Below, one piece after another: positions 63,446-63,924 of a stretch of DNA of 63,924 nt (its first letter is position 1; each line of letters opens with the position of its first letter). A program made the position numbers and the translations under genes. The DNA comes from Planctomycetota bacterium. Lineage in GTDB: Bacteria; Planctomycetota; Planctomycetia; Pirellulales; Thermoguttaceae. The stretch spans positions 1-63,924 of the forward strand of contig JAHIKV010000324.1 of assembly GCA_018897395.1 (NCBI GenBank), given 5' to 3'. Below the pieces are notes generated by a model. The model had not been told where the DNA came from. It searched no databases and saw nothing but the letters and a program-made list of their open reading frames with translations.

Positions 63446-63924
63446 GCTCCCTCTATAAGCTCCCGCTCGTTGTCGTTATTCTTTTCTCAAACCGGTTTCA
63501 CTATACCGATATCCATCATTTACCTCTTCCAGCGCCAGGATTCTAACATGATTCCGGCCTTTCGTGCACGATTGACTGCTGTCTGGCGCCAGCTCGTGAC
63601 CCGACCTTGTCATATCTCCTCCAAGCAGCCTGGTTTTCCGTTGGGGACAGTACTCCCGCATTTGAGTCCACCCTGCTTTCTGCCCCAGTTCTTCACAGAC
63701 TCAAGGCGGGCGCTCTCGCGCAGGCCCTCCCCAGGCGGTGGATTCTCGACAGCATCGACCGGAACAGCTTTCCAGGAACAGCGACCTCCGCCATCTGGAA
63801 TAATGTTGAGTGTTCATTAATGTTGAGTGCCATCCAGTATCTCCCTAAATAGAGGCGTTTCTTAAGGCGAACTCTTCACATTAATGATGACAGGTTTAGC
63901 CCACCGGGTCAGGCTTGTTGGGCC

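Noticed and set aside
61982-63820. 612-aa plus-strand ORF
   Set aside because: It lies antisense to the REC-PAS histidine kinase gene. The protein is Arg/Pro/Gly-rich low-complexity with no motifs, a typical shadow ORF in GC-rich DNA.

Overview
A 63.9-kb bacterial window with GGAGG-type ribosome-binding sites, moderately high GC and almost all genes on the minus strand. It has four parts.

(1) 1-15.2 kb is ordinary chromosome. It carries a TrkA-C fragment, a complete phosphate cluster (phoU-pstB-pstA-pstC-pstS with an 11-bp-phased Pho-box array, plus phoR/phoB), a HAD-IB hydrolase, a membrane transporter and a Cys-cluster protein. A group II intron with class C features sits just 3' of the terminator hairpin of a large secreted papain-like peptidase gene. 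A decayed SDR gene follows.

(2) 15.3-21.3 kb is an accretion zone. It holds three of four direct copies of the 3' end of a tyrosine-recombinase gene, small lipoprotein genes, a truncated serine recombinase and an IS630 remnant.

(3) About 21.3-51.3 kb is a roughly 30-kb plasmid-like integrated element, bounded by recombinase-3'-end copies C and D. It carries parA/parB, ssb, NAD-dependent ligA, a Cas4-like PD-(D/E)XK nuclease, a B12-type radical SAM protein, DUF1848, DUF2786, a histone-H1-like protein, an intact IS630 copy, and a SWIM-AAA+/HExxH-vWA/HIRAN operon. I recognised no integrase, capsid, terminase or relaxase.

The element's most striking content is a head-to-tail array of 30 tRNA genes (27633-30584). 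The array covers all 20 amino acids and includes an initiator and an Ile2-like CAU species. Every four-codon box is served by a U34 tRNA. Several members have non-canonical anticodon loops or T-loops.

The element's operons share one promoter type (GTTGACGTACTATCC-N-TATTAT) at 11 or more sites. It also has an iteron-like GGTTTACA array and two candidate small RNAs.

(4) 51.4-63.9 kb is chromosome again. It carries a 1,664-aa secreted beta-propeller/TIG protein whose four C-terminal repeats match those of the peptidase, a WxL-type surface-protein locus, and a LytTR response regulator with a REC-PAS histidine kinase.

All tRNA folds, promoter calls and family assignments were made by eye from the sequence and need tool confirmation.
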